This document shows positions 41,561 through 51,353 of a stretch of DNA of 64,000 bases, in pieces. Origin of the DNA: an uncultured Actinomycetes bacterium (GTDB lineage: Bacteria > Chloroflexota > Dormibacteria > Aeolococcales > Aeolococcaceae); contig CAZUDL010000006.1 of the NCBI GenBank assembly GCA_964618935.1, forward strand, positions 71,874 to 135,873, in the 5' to 3' direction. Below the pieces are notes generated by a model. It made no database searches, was not told the DNA's origin, and saw only the letters and a list, made by a program, of their open reading frames with translations. The number at the start of each line of letters is the position of its first letter. Position 1 is the first letter of the stretch. Position numbers and translations under genes: made by a program.

Positions 41561-43654
41561 TCAGTCCAGGTCGAAGACGGCGCGGTAGCCGTGCATCGCC
41601 TCGCGCAGCGGCGCGTATGCGGTGAGCTCGGGATCGCGATCCAGCCAGCCCATGGCGGCGGCACGGGCGCGCTGGGCCAGGGCGACATCGAGCAGGTCGG
41701 CGGCGCGCATCTCCGGAAGCCCGTGCTGGCGGAGGCCGACCACCTCTCCGGGCCCGCGGAGGCGGAGGTCCATCTCGGCCAGGTCGAAGCCGCTCTGCGT
41801 CGTCTCCAGCGCCCGCAGCCGTGCCGATCCGTCGGGGTCGGCCTCTCCCTCGAAGAGCAGGCAGTGAGCCTGGTGCCGGTCACGCCCCACCCGCCCGCGC
41901 AGCTGGTGCAGCTGGGCGAGGCCGAAGCGCTCGGCCGCCTCGATGACCATGATGCCGGCGTTGGGGACGTCGACGCCGACCTCGACGACCGACGTCGCCA
42001 CCAGGATGTCCGCCGCGCCGGAGGCGAAGCGGGACATCCTCGCCTCCTTCTCCCGCGCCGGCATGCGCCCGTGGAGCATCTCGAGGCGAAGGTCGGGGAA
42101 CACCTCGTCCGCCAGGCGCTGGTGCTCGGCGGTCACGGCCTTGGCACCGAGGCTGTCCGACTCCTCGATCAACGGGCAGATGACGAAGGCCTGCCGGCCC
42201 GCCCTGACCTGGCCGCGGATGAACCCGTAGGCGTCGGCGCGCCCCTCGGGGGGAACCACGCGCGTCTCGACGGCAAGCCGGCCGGGCGGCATCTCGCGCA
42301 GCTCGCTGAGGTCGACGTCGCCGTACAGGGTCAGGGTCAGCGAGCGGGGGATCGGGGTCGCCGTCATGGCCAAGAAGTTGGGCACGGCCCGGGCCTTGAG
42401 GCGCAGCCTCTGGCGCTGGGCCACGCCGAACCGGTGCTGTTCGTCGACGACGACGAGGCCGAGGTTGCTGAAGGCGACGTCGTCCTCGATGAGGGCGTGG
42501 GTTCCCACCACCAGGGCGTCGTGGCCGGCGGCGAGCCCGTCGAGGATCTCGCGGCGGGCGCGGCTGCCGGTGCTGCCCAGCAGCAGGCGTGGGGGGAGGC
42601 CGTGGCCGGAGAGGAGCTGGTCGAGGGTCGCGTGGTGCTGCCGTGCGAGGATCTCGGTGGGCGCCATCACCGCGATCTGGCCGCCGGCGCGATGCGTCAT
42701 CAGCGCCGCCAGGGCGGCGACCACCGTCTTGCCGCTGCCGACGTCGCCCTGGAGCAGCCGGTTCATGGGCCCCGGAGCGGCGAGGTCGGTGAGGATCTGG
42801 TGGGCGGCGATGCGCTGGCCGTCGGTGAGGTGGAAGGGAAGGCTCCTGGTCAGGGCCCGCGCCACCTCCGCGTCGTAGGGCGCGACGAACCCCGCCGAGC
42901 GCAGCCGGCGCCGCCGCGCCCTCTCGGCGGCGAGCTGGAGGAGGAACAGCTCCTCGAAGGCCATCCGCTCCCGGCCGGCGTCCGCCGACGGCTGGTCGTC
43001 GGGCATGTGCACCTGCCGCAGCGCCTCCCCCACCGGCATCAGCCCCTCCGCCTGGCGGACCGACGGCGGCAGCCGGTCGGGAAGGCGGTCCGCCACCGGC
43101 AGGTACCTGGCGATCAGGCCCCGGAGGAAGGCCGAGGTGAGCTTCTCCGTCTCGGGGTACACCGCCGCCAGGCGTCCGACATGCCGCTGGGAGGGGCCGG
43201 TGCGCTCGAACGTGGGGCTCTGGAAGGCCAGGCCGTGGAGGGACTGCTTCAGCTTGCCGCTGACCAGCAGGTCCATGCCGACCTTGAGCTGGGAGCCCAG
43301 GTAGGGCTGGTTGAACCAGACGGCGCCGACCTCGGCCCCGTCCTCCTCCAGCGTCGCCTCGACGAGCGCCATGCCCCGCCTCGGGCTGCGGCGGACACGC
43401 ACGCTCGCCACCCGGACGTGGGCCGTCTGCACCGTCCCCGGGGCCAGCTGCCGGACCGGCGTGACATCCCGCGTATCCTCATAGCGGCGAGGGAGATGCA
43501 GCAGAAGGTCGGCAAGCGTGACGATGCCCAGCCGGGCGAGGCCCCTGGCCCGAGCGGATCCCACCCCGGACAGCCGCTCCACGGGCGTGTCCGGGAGCAG
43601 GGCGGTGGGATGGATGAGCATCCGGCCCATCTCCTGGTCCCGGGCGTCCGTCAT
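41561..43654 (-). CDS. recG: ATP-dependent DNA helicase RecG
   Basis: Wedge/OB N-terminus, LQGDVGSGKT Walker A, VVDEQHRFG DEQH box, helicase C motifs. Confidence 0.9.
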   Translation of the reverse strand: MTDARDQEMGRMLIHPTALLPDTPVERLSGVGSARARGLARLGIVTLADLLLHLPRRYEDTRDVTPVRQLAPGTVQTAHVRVASVRVRRSPRRGMALVEATLEEDGAEVGAVWFNQPYLGSQLKVGMDLLVSGKLKQSLHGLAFQSPTFERTGPSQRHVGRLAAVYPETEKLTSAFLRGLIARYLPVADRLPDRLPPSVRQAEGLMPVGEALRQVHMPDDQPSADAGRERMAFEELFLLQLAAERARRRRLRSAGFVAPYDAEVARALTRSLPFHLTDGQRIAAHQILTDLAAPGPMNRLLQGDVGSGKTVVAALAALMTHRAGGQIAVMAPTEILARQHHATLDQLLSGHGLPPRLLLGSTGSRARREILDGLAAGHDALVVGTHALIEDDVAFSNLGLVVVDEQHRFGVAQRQRLRLKARAVPNFLAMTATPIPRSLTLTLYGDVDLSELREMPPGRLAVETRVVPPEGRADAYGFIRGQVRAGRQAFVICPLIEESDSLGAKAVTAEHQRLADEVFPDLRLEMLHGRMPAREKEARMSRFASGAADILVATSVVEVGVDVPNAGIMVIEAAERFGLAQLHQLRGRVGRDRHQAHCLLFEGEADPDGSARLRALETTQSGFDLAEMDLRLRGPGEVVGLRQHGLPEMRAADLLDVALAQRARAAAMGWLDRDPELTAYAPLREAMHGYRAVFDLD

Positions 43655-43774
43655 GCGGCGGGTACCACCGGACCGTAACAGGTCGGTGATGTCTCAGAAT
43701 TCAATCGCGTCATTCAGCATACTTGGCTGGCCCACCATGGATGGTACATGTCTCCGGAGGACCCTCCAGTGAAC

Positions 43775-44437
43775 ATGCGACGCCTCGGTCCGCGCCCCGC
43801 CCGCCGCCGCCGCTGCGGACAGGCGGCCCAGGGGATGGTCGAGTTCGCCCTCGTGGGCGGGATCTTCTTCTTCGTGCTCTTCTCCACGGTGAACGCCGGG
43901 CTGTTCCTTTACGGGCGCAACTCGATCTCCTACGCCGCCGACGTCGGCGTCGCGGCCATCGCCGCCGAGGGCAACTGCACCGCCTATGCGGCCGACACCA
44001 CCTGCGTGCAGGCCCCCGCCGGATGCCCGGCGAGCAACGCGGACGACGTGGGCATCTGCCGCATGGACGGCGCCGGCCTCACCAGCCAGCCTCTGATCAC
44101 GGTGACCGAAGTCGACATCTGGCGTGAGATCGCAGGCAGTAACACCTGCAACAGCACCGGCACCGGCTCCGGAGGCAACCAGCCGTGCAACGACAGCACC
44201 TGCGACACGGCGCAGGACGGGCCGGGCACTGGGACTGCGCCGTGCGAGGACAGTTACACAGCGACCGGGGCGCAGGTCGGCAACGACAACTGGCCGCCCA
44301 AGATCCGGAATGTCAACCAGTCGACGGCGCCTGACTTCGCCCGCCTCGTCATCACCTACACGTACACGCTCGCCGGCAGCGCCGCAAGCTTCCACCTGAC
44401 GGACTCCACCGTCTTCCGGCTGGAGCCTCAGCAGTGA
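43775..44437 (+). CDS. TadE-family Flp-pilus-assembly pseudopilin-like protein
   Basis: RRRRCGQAAQGMVEFALVGGIFFFVLFSTVNAGLF. TadE N-terminal signature (GQxxVEFALV + TM). Stop overlaps the next start (GTGATG). Confidence 0.65.
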   Translation: MRRLGPRPARRRRCGQAAQGMVEFALVGGIFFFVLFSTVNAGLFLYGRNSISYAADVGVAAIAAEGNCTAYAADTTCVQAPAGCPASNADDVGICRMDGAGLTSQPLITVTEVDIWREIAGSNTCNSTGTGSGGNQPCNDSTCDTAQDGPGTGTAPCEDSYTATGAQVGNDNWPPKIRNVNQSTAPDFARLVITYTYTLAGSAASFHLTDSTVFRLEPQQ

Positions 44438-45018
44438 TGCGGCCCGCCCGCCGCCGCTCCCGCGGGCAGTCGCTCGTCGAGCTCGCGGTCCTCCTCCCCG
44501 TTATGGTCATCCTCTTCATGGGCGCCTGGACCGCCGCGGACCTCGTCGCCGACAACAACACCGCGATCCAGGCGACTCAGGAGGGCGCCCGCTACGCGGC
44601 CGAGCTCGGCGATGGCTCGAGCATGGGCACCGGGGTCACCGTCAACCAGGTCGACACTGCGATCGTCGAGCAGATGCTCCCGGTCCTGCATAGCCAGTTC
44701 ACCAACGCCGTGATCAACGAGATCGACATCTACCAGCCCGAGGGCTCCGGCAACGACTGCACCTTCACCACCTCGAGCTGTCCGCCCGACAACGGCGCCT
44801 ATGTGACCGGCGACCCCGTCGACCAGTGGCCGATCAGCGGCACGACGATCGGGACGCCGCTCCAGCTCACCTACACCCTCGCCCTGCGCGACCAGATTCA
44901 CCCCTTCGAGTCGGAGCTGGGCGTTCGGGTCAGATTCACATACACCTCGCCGACCATGCAGGTGTTCACCCAGACGGACTTCCAGTACACGGTCGTCCGG
45001 CTCGCGCCGGAGGAGTGA
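44434..45018 (+). CDS. TadE-family protein (second copy)
   Basis: RRRSRGQSLVELAVLLPVMVILFMGAWT. TadE signature. Confidence 0.65.
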   Translation: MMRPARRRSRGQSLVELAVLLPVMVILFMGAWTAADLVADNNTAIQATQEGARYAAELGDGSSMGTGVTVNQVDTAIVEQMLPVLHSQFTNAVINEIDIYQPEGSGNDCTFTTSSCPPDNGAYVTGDPVDQWPISGTTIGTPLQLTYTLALRDQIHPFESELGVRVRFTYTSPTMQVFTQTDFQYTVVRLAPEE

Positions 45019-45023
45019 TTCCC

Positions 45024-47012
45024 ATGCGCCCAAACCGTCCCCGAGTGATCGTGCGCGGCGAGCGCGGACAGGTCATGGTGATCTTCGCTCTGGTCTCCCT
45101 CGTCCTCTTCGCCATCGTCGGCCTGTCCATCGACGCCGGCATGAGCTACCTGGCCAGCGACCAGGTGTCGCGTGCCGCAGACGCCGCCGCCCTGGCCGGA
45201 GTGGCCTACATGCCCGGCGAATACGGCAGCGCGGAGAACGCGGCCCTGGTCGAAGCCGCCCGTAACGGCTTCACCGATGCCGGATCCAACAACACATGCA
45301 CGGCATCCCAGTTCCCCTGCGTCATCACCTCGCAACCGCCCGGCACCACCAACCAGCTCAAGGTCACCATCTCGGTGACGGTGCCGTCGACCTTCCTCAA
45401 ACTGCTCGGCTTCGGCTCGCACGTCGTCACCCGTTCGGCGACCGCCGAGTACCTGCCCCCCATCGCCCTCGGCCAGCCGGGAACCCAGCAGGGCAGCACT
45501 CTGGCCCAGCTGGGCACGGCCAACAACTTCTACTTCGAGCGCACCGAGGGCTACGGCAACCCGCGCTCCGAGGGCGACCCCTTCACACCAGCAGCCGATG
45601 ACTCCGCCAACTCCTGCGACCCGCAGAGCAGCTGCGCGGCGACGACTGCCCCGGACGCGCAGGCCATCAGCCAGACCAACGGCACCGAGAAGGCCTACCC
45701 CGGATACAACCTCAACTACAACGGAGGCTACGACTACCTCATCACGCTGGCACCGGGGCAGAGCGCCGACGTCCAGGTCTACGACCCGGCCTTCGCGCCC
45801 GACAACGCGGACGACGCCAACGACACCACCTACACGTACCACGAGGACGATGGCAGCTTCCCGGACGACAACAACACGACGGGGCGGACCGACACCACCA
45901 CCGATTCGGAATACTCGGCGATGTCCTACACGCTCTTCTCAGTGCCCACGCTCTCGTCGGACATGCAGGACACGCTCGTCAGCCAGGACGTCTTCTACCC
46001 GTACAATGCCACCTGCATCGCCACCAATGGCACCGGCCAGTACGACAGCGGCGGGACCATGACCGACTGCCCCAGCGGCGGCCCCAGCTACTTCTACTTC
46101 AACGGCTCCGGCCATGCGACGACGGTGAAGGGTCACACCCCCGCGACGTACCACCAGTGGGTGTCGGTGATCGATTACACGCCGTCCGCTGCCGATGCCA
46201 ACCTCGTCTCCGTGACCAACCAGCAGAACGGCGTGCTCGACAACACGACCAGCACCACCGAGTACTTCCGCCTCGAGGTTGACACCCTGACCTGGAACGG
46301 CCAGGCGACCTGCACCAGCAACCCCTGTGGCAGCGATCCCGACACGGGGAACCTCTCGGATGGCAGCTCCACCGCCCACAAGGGCTACTCCGTGCAGATC
46401 GTTCCCGCGGTGGCGGGCGACTGCGCCAACACAACGACGGTCACCGAGTGCGGCGTCTCGGCCATGGACGACATGACCGTGTACACGCCGATCATCAACG
46501 CCAGCAGCACCAGCCATGCGCAGTTCAGCATCCCTCTCTTCCGGCTCGACCCGTCGTATGCGGGACACACCATCGATGTCGACATCTTCGACATCGGCGA
46601 CGTCTCGAACACGACGGCCGGGGGTGCCTGGGTCGGGGTGCAGCAGCCCGACACAGGATGGGGCCAGTTCCCCAGCGGGGTCACGACGATGACCAACCTG
46701 GGGACCTCCCTCAACGAGGATGGGGCGACCTACGCGGTGTCTGCCAACTGGGAGGGCACGGCGACGCCTCACAGCGCCGTCTTCCAGACCGCGAACGCGA
46801 CGGGGGGCGCGATCTACAACGGGCAGTGGGTCCAGGTCCAGATCAGCGTTCCCTCGACGTTCGCCGACGCCGCGGCCTGCTCCGGCGGGAGCAGCAACTG
46901 CTGGAACGACTACTGGAACCTCGTCTATGACGTGGGTCCCCAGACGATCTCGGGAGACACCTTCGCGGTCGAGGTCGGATTCGCCGGCTCGCCCGATCAC
47001 CTTCTCCCCTGA
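45024..47012 (+). CDS. TadG-like large pilus-assembly/adhesin protein, Asn/Thr/Ser/Gly-rich
   Basis: N-terminus RGERGQVMVIFALVSLVLFAIVGLSIDAGMSYLASDQVSRAADAAALAG (Tad/TadG-like pfam13400-type), then ~600 aa of N/T/S/G/D-rich extracellular sequence. ATG with GGAGGAG Shine-Dalgarno. Confidence 0.6.
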   Translation: MRPNRPRVIVRGERGQVMVIFALVSLVLFAIVGLSIDAGMSYLASDQVSRAADAAALAGVAYMPGEYGSAENAALVEAARNGFTDAGSNNTCTASQFPCVITSQPPGTTNQLKVTISVTVPSTFLKLLGFGSHVVTRSATAEYLPPIALGQPGTQQGSTLAQLGTANNFYFERTEGYGNPRSEGDPFTPAADDSANSCDPQSSCAATTAPDAQAISQTNGTEKAYPGYNLNYNGGYDYLITLAPGQSADVQVYDPAFAPDNADDANDTTYTYHEDDGSFPDDNNTTGRTDTTTDSEYSAMSYTLFSVPTLSSDMQDTLVSQDVFYPYNATCIATNGTGQYDSGGTMTDCPSGGPSYFYFNGSGHATTVKGHTPATYHQWVSVIDYTPSAADANLVSVTNQQNGVLDNTTSTTEYFRLEVDTLTWNGQATCTSNPCGSDPDTGNLSDGSSTAHKGYSVQIVPAVAGDCANTTTVTECGVSAMDDMTVYTPIINASSTSHAQFSIPLFRLDPSYAGHTIDVDIFDIGDVSNTTAGGAWVGVQQPDTGWGQFPSGVTTMTNLGTSLNEDGATYAVSANWEGTATPHSAVFQTANATGGAIYNGQWVQVQISVPSTFADAAACSGGSSNCWNDYWNLVYDVGPQTISGDTFAVEVGFAGSPDHLLP

Positions 47013-47048
47013 CCCGGGGCGCGCCGGTCGGTCTCCCCCCCGGGCCCG

Positions 47049-48311
47049 TCAGCGCAGGGCCTCGTCGACCAGCTCGATGACGTCGCGGACCTGGAGCCGG
47101 CCCTGGTTGCCGGTCGACTTCACGGCGTCCTCGAAGCGGGAGACCTCGTACGGGCAGCAGACGGCCAGGGTGTCCGCGCCCGTCTCCACCGCCTCGCGGA
47201 CCCGCCGCTCGCTGAGACGCTCCGCGATATGGTCGCGGGCGAAGCCGTCGAGCCACATGCCACCGCCGCCCCCGCCGCAGCAGTAGGCGTTCTCGCGGCA
47301 GCGGCGCATCTCCACCAACTCCAGGCCGGGGATGCTGCGGATCATCTGCCGCGGGGCGTCGTACTCGCCGTTGTGACGGCCCAGGTAGCAGGGGTCGTGG
47401 AAGGTGACCCGGTAGGGCAGCTCACGCGTCCAGGGAAGCCCCCCGAGCAGCGGGGCGAGGAACTGGGTGTAGTGGCTGACGTCGTAGCTGGCGCCGAGCT
47501 TGGGGTACTGGTGGCGCAGGGCGTTGTAGGCGTGGGGGTCGGGGGTGACCAGGCGGGTGAAGGCGTGGCGGGCGAGGGTCGCGATGTTCCGCTCCGCCTC
47601 CGCCTCGAAGAGGCCCCGCTCGCCGGCCATGCGCTGGCTGTCGCAGGCGCACCTCTCCTCCTGGCCGAGGATCCCCCAGTCGACGCCCAGCGCCGCCATG
47701 ACGCGGGCGAAGGCGCGCGCCGCGTCCCGGCCTCGGGGGTGATAGGACCAGTAACACTCCACGAAGACGAGGACGTCGACGGGGCGGGGATCGCGGCTCA
47801 GCACCGTCACCGGCACGCCCGCCTCGGCCACCCAGTCGGCCCGGCGGCGGGCGGGCTCACCGAGCGGGTTGCCGTGGCGGAAGGTGTTCTCCAGGGCGGT
47901 CTGCAGCTCGGCCGGGACGTTGCCCTGGGCCACGGCCTGCTCGCGCACCGCCGGCATGATCTGGAGCATGTCGACCTGCTTGGGGCAGACGCGCAGGCAG
48001 TTGGCGCAGGTGGTGCAGAGCCAGAGATCGGGGCTCTGGAGGAGATCGGCGCCCAGCTGGGTGCGCCGGTAGATCTTGCGGGGGCTGTAGTCGCCCACAT
48101 GGTCCACCGGGCAGACGGGGGTGCAGCCGCCGCACTGGAAGCAGGACCCCAGCGACTCGGCGCCGGCGATCTCCCGGACGCGGTCGAGGGCGCCGACGTC
48201 GTAGTCCCAGATCACCCGTTGCTCGAACATCCGGTTCCACGACCCGGAGATGTCCACCCCCTCGAAGGTGAGCTCCTTCTCCTCGGCGATCCGGGGGGGC
48301 GGATCGGCCAT
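47049..48311 (-). CDS. fused HdrC-HdrB-like (HdrD/GlcF-like) iron-sulfur protein, sHdr C2B2 equivalent
   Basis: Two ferredoxin motifs CFQCGGCTPVCP and CTTCANCLRVCP, followed by two CCG domains (VECYWSYH...; CYLGRHNGEYD...AYCCGGGGGGMWL...AVCCPYE). No TM segment. Confidence 0.75.
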   Translation of the reverse strand: MADPPPRIAEEKELTFEGVDISGSWNRMFEQRVIWDYDVGALDRVREIAGAESLGSCFQCGGCTPVCPVDHVGDYSPRKIYRRTQLGADLLQSPDLWLCTTCANCLRVCPKQVDMLQIMPAVREQAVAQGNVPAELQTALENTFRHGNPLGEPARRRADWVAEAGVPVTVLSRDPRPVDVLVFVECYWSYHPRGRDAARAFARVMAALGVDWGILGQEERCACDSQRMAGERGLFEAEAERNIATLARHAFTRLVTPDPHAYNALRHQYPKLGASYDVSHYTQFLAPLLGGLPWTRELPYRVTFHDPCYLGRHNGEYDAPRQMIRSIPGLELVEMRRCRENAYCCGGGGGGMWLDGFARDHIAERLSERRVREAVETGADTLAVCCPYEVSRFEDAVKSTGNQGRLQVRDVIELVDEALR

Positions 48312-49054
48312 CAGGCTCCCCGCCGCTGGACGCCGAGCAGCCGGCGCACCAGCTCGGGCGCCGGCGGGAGCACCGCGTTGAACTCGCGGCTCATGGCCGT
48401 CCCGGTGACGGTGTAGAGGTGGGCGGCGTAGACGGCGGCGAGGAACACGTCCACGCCGAACGGGGCCGGGCCGAAGCGGGTGATGCCCGCCGCCACCGCG
48501 GTCCGCTCGACGAAGGCGATGCCCTCCCCCACCCGCAGGTAGCTCTGGCCCGCCGACGCCGCGCTCAGATCGAGCTCCTCCGGGGTCGCCAGCGACAGGG
48601 CCCCGGTGCCCGTCCCCGGGTCCCAGATCCACCGCGTCCACAGCCAGTGGCGCGACGGGTCGAAGAAGTGCAGCACCTCTCCGGCGACGTCGAGGCGGAT
48701 GCCCGGGTCGACCCCGGCCAGGGCCGCGTCGAAGGCGTCGACGCGCGCGGCGACGGGCCCGGCGCCGTGCAGGAGGTCCCAGAGGGCGGACCGCCAGGCG
48801 TCCACGCCGCCCTCCGACAGCAGCGCGCCGGCGCGGCGGCGGGCGGCGAAGATGGTGCGCAGGCAGGCGCGCAGCCTCTCCGCGGAGACGTCGCGCAGCA
48901 CGCCGCGATCCAGCGCGTCCTGGAAGAGCCGGGACTTCGCCAGCAGGTCAGCGGCGACGCCCTCGAGCCCGGGCTCGGTGATCAGCGCCTGGGCCTGCCT
49001 CGCGAACTCGGCGGCGGCCTCGGTGCCGGCCACCTGGCCCTGGCCCCGGGTCAT
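48311..49054 (-). CDS. conserved hypothetical protein in the hdrA-hyp-hdrC2B2 position
   Basis: MTRGQGQVAG...DPSRHWLWTRWIWDPGTGTG. 247 aa. ATGA overlaps on both sides. The N-terminal 250 aa of ORF 48311..49801 overlaps hdrA and is an artefact. Confidence 0.5.
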   Translation of the reverse strand: MTRGQGQVAGTEAAAEFARQAQALITEPGLEGVAADLLAKSRLFQDALDRGVLRDVSAERLRACLRTIFAARRRAGALLSEGGVDAWRSALWDLLHGAGPVAARVDAFDAALAGVDPGIRLDVAGEVLHFFDPSRHWLWTRWIWDPGTGTGALSLATPEELDLSAASAGQSYLRVGEGIAFVERTAVAAGITRFGPAPFGVDVFLAAVYAAHLYTVTGTAMSREFNAVLPPAPELVRRLLGVQRRGA

Positions 49055-50121
49055 GCCCGCGGCGTGGCCGGCTCGGCGCGGCGGACCGCTGCCACCGCCC
49101 TGGCGGCGGCGGCGCCCGCCATGGAGACGCTGTCGTCCAGGTCCTTGGGGCCGGCCGCGGCGCCGGCGACGTAGATGCCCGGCACGGAGGTGCTGACGCT
49201 GTCCAGGGCGTCCTCCGCCACGGCGATGAAGCCGTGCTTCTCCTGGGCCACACCGAGCAGCGGGCCGATCGCCCTGGTCCCCTCCGACGGCACCATGCCG
49301 ACCGAGAGGACGACCACATCCATGGGGATCTCCAGGGGCCGGTTCATGGTCGTGTCCTCGCCCTTGATCACCAGGCGGTCGCCGCGCCTCGTGACCTCGG
49401 TGACGATGCCGCGCACGAAGTTGACGTGGTCCTCCTCCTGCGCCTTCCAGTAGAGGCGATCCTCCCAGAAGCCGTAGGTGCGCATGTCGATGTAGAAGAT
49501 GAAGACGCGGCAGTCCGGCACCAGGGCGCGGATCTCGGAGGCCTCCTTGGTGGCCACGGCGCAGCAGACCTTGGAGCAGTACTCGTTGCCGATGCGGCGG
49601 TCGCGGGAGCCGACGCACTGGATGAAGCAGACCTGCGCCGGCGGCAGCCCGGTGGAGGGCCGCACGAACCTCCCCGCCGACAGCATGCGCTCGGCGTCGA
49701 CCAGGGTGATGACGTCCTCGTACTCGTAGTAGCCGTACGCCTGCGTCTCCCGCCCGGGATCGAAGTGGTCGAAACCGGTGGCGATGATGACGGCGCCGCA
49801 CTCCACCACCGCGGTCGCCCCGTCCGCGTCGCGGAGCGTGGCCCGGAACGCCCCCAGCTCCCCCTCGAAGGCGGTCACCGACACACCCAGGCGCACCGAG
49901 ACGAGGGGATGGCCGAGCACCGCCCGGCGGGCCGCCTCGAGCACGACCTGCACCGGGCGGTGGTCGAGGGCGAACGCGGAGAAGCCGGCGGCGTCGGGGG
50001 TGCCGCCCAGCCGCTGCCGCTGCTCGACCAGCACCACCGGGCAGCCCAGGCCGACGGCGGCCCGGGCCGCCTCCAGCCCGGCCGGGCCGCCGCCGACGAC
50101 GAGGATCGTCTCAGCCGACAT
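49051..50121 (-). CDS. HdrA-like FAD-dependent iron-sulfur flavoprotein (heterodisulfide reductase subunit A family)
   Basis: ILVVGGGPAGLEAA (FAD GxGxxG)...CFIQCVGSRDRRIGNEYCSKVCCAVATKEA (HdrA-type Cx...CSxxCC 4Fe-4S)...GIYVAGAAAGPKD. Confidence 0.8.
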   Translation of the reverse strand: MSAETILVVGGGPAGLEAARAAVGLGCPVVLVEQRQRLGGTPDAAGFSAFALDHRPVQVVLEAARRAVLGHPLVSVRLGVSVTAFEGELGAFRATLRDADGATAVVECGAVIIATGFDHFDPGRETQAYGYYEYEDVITLVDAERMLSAGRFVRPSTGLPPAQVCFIQCVGSRDRRIGNEYCSKVCCAVATKEASEIRALVPDCRVFIFYIDMRTYGFWEDRLYWKAQEEDHVNFVRGIVTEVTRRGDRLVIKGEDTTMNRPLEIPMDVVVLSVGMVPSEGTRAIGPLLGVAQEKHGFIAVAEDALDSVSTSVPGIYVAGAAAGPKDLDDSVSMAGAAAARAVAAVRRAEPATPRA

Positions 50122-51310
50122 CCGTCCCCTCCCAGGTCACGTGCTCGATCTCGCCGCTCCTGATGCGCCGCAGGTCCTCCTCGAACTCCGCCCAGCGCGC
50201 CTCCCAGTCGATCCCCATCTTGGTCAGCAGCGGACGGTAGTCCACGGCGTGCCAGTGCAGCTGGCAGACCCGGTAGGGGTGCGCCCCCATCGAGAGGGCC
50301 ACGAACTGGGCCTCCGACATCACCGGAATGCCCACCTTGAACCCCTTGGCGCGGGCCACGAACTGGCTCTTGTCCAGCGTCGTGACGCAGCCCGTGTCGT
50401 GGGTCAGCACCACGTCGGGATTGGCCTCGTCGCGCATCACCTCGATCTTGCGCAGGGTGGCGAAGGAGCGGGTGAAGTCGCGCTGCAACATGATGTGCCG
50501 GAAGCCGAAGCCGCAGCAGTCGAACCACGTCGAGTAGTCGGCCACGGTGGCACCCATGGCCTGCACCACCGCGGAGACCACGGCGGTGCGCTGGCCGCCG
50601 TAGAGATCGGCGTCGTAGATGGCGTCCTCGGCCACCAGTTTGTAGTAGTGGCAGGCGGGGTGCACCGTGGCGGTGATCGCGGAGACGTCGAAGACGCGGC
50701 GCCTGGCGAACTCGTCACGCATGGCGTGCACCCATTCGCTGTAGTGCACGATCTCCTCGGGGATGACCATCGGTTTGCCCAGCTTGGCGAGGATGTCGCG
50801 CACCTGGTGGCGCAGCTCCGGGCTGTGGACGAGCTGCTCGCGGACCTCCTTGTAGTGGCCGTAGCTGGTGCCGCAATGGATCAGCGGGTAGTACCCCGTC
50901 TCGTGCGCTGCCGCGAAGTTGCGCAGCGCCACCGCCGCCTGGGCGGCGGCGTTGGAGGTCGCCGACGCATAGTAGTTCCACGCCGTGCACGAGGTCTGGT
51001 CGCGCGGGTCCTCGTAGTCCAGGCCCAGGGCCCGGTGCAGCCAGAAGATGGACGTCGAGTACCCGGGCAGGTGGCCGCACTGGCCGCAGCTCTTGTGGTG
51101 CCAGGTGTGCCGCACCGGGATCCTCTTGGTGCGCCCGTACTTGGTCTCCAGCTCGACATACGGCTCGGGCACGCGCTGGACGATCCACTCCCCCCGGCGC
51201 TCCAGCTCGAAGACGGCCTCGCGCAGATCCTCGGTGGGGGCGTTGGCCGGATCCCGTGTGAACGTCCGTCCCGCGGGGCCCAGCGCGGACAGCGTCACCA
51301 TGCCGCTCAT
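50111..51310 (-). CDS. HdrB-like protein with two CCG (Cys-rich) domains
   Basis: HKSCGQCGHLPGY...CTAWNYY and HPACHYYK...FDCCGFGFRH...THDTGCVTT. No ferredoxin CxxCxxCxxxCP motif. 399 aa. Confidence 0.75.
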   Translation of the reverse strand: MSGMVTLSALGPAGRTFTRDPANAPTEDLREAVFELERRGEWIVQRVPEPYVELETKYGRTKRIPVRHTWHHKSCGQCGHLPGYSTSIFWLHRALGLDYEDPRDQTSCTAWNYYASATSNAAAQAAVALRNFAAAHETGYYPLIHCGTSYGHYKEVREQLVHSPELRHQVRDILAKLGKPMVIPEEIVHYSEWVHAMRDEFARRRVFDVSAITATVHPACHYYKLVAEDAIYDADLYGGQRTAVVSAVVQAMGATVADYSTWFDCCGFGFRHIMLQRDFTRSFATLRKIEVMRDEANPDVVLTHDTGCVTTLDKSQFVARAKGFKVGIPVMSEAQFVALSMGAHPYRVCQLHWHAVDYRPLLTKMGIDWEARWAEFEEDLRRIRSGEIEHVTWEGTDVG

Positions 51311-51353
51311 GCTGCGCCCGCTGCGCGACCGGCGCGACGCTCAAGGCGGCGCA

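Noticed and set aside
41591-43678. 695-aa plus-strand ORF
   Set aside because: Antisense to recG.
48311-49801. N-terminal 250 aa of the 496-aa ORF
   Set aside because: Overlaps the HdrA-like gene in a different frame. Only the part after the internal ATG (49054), coupled by ATGA to the hdrA stop, is retained.
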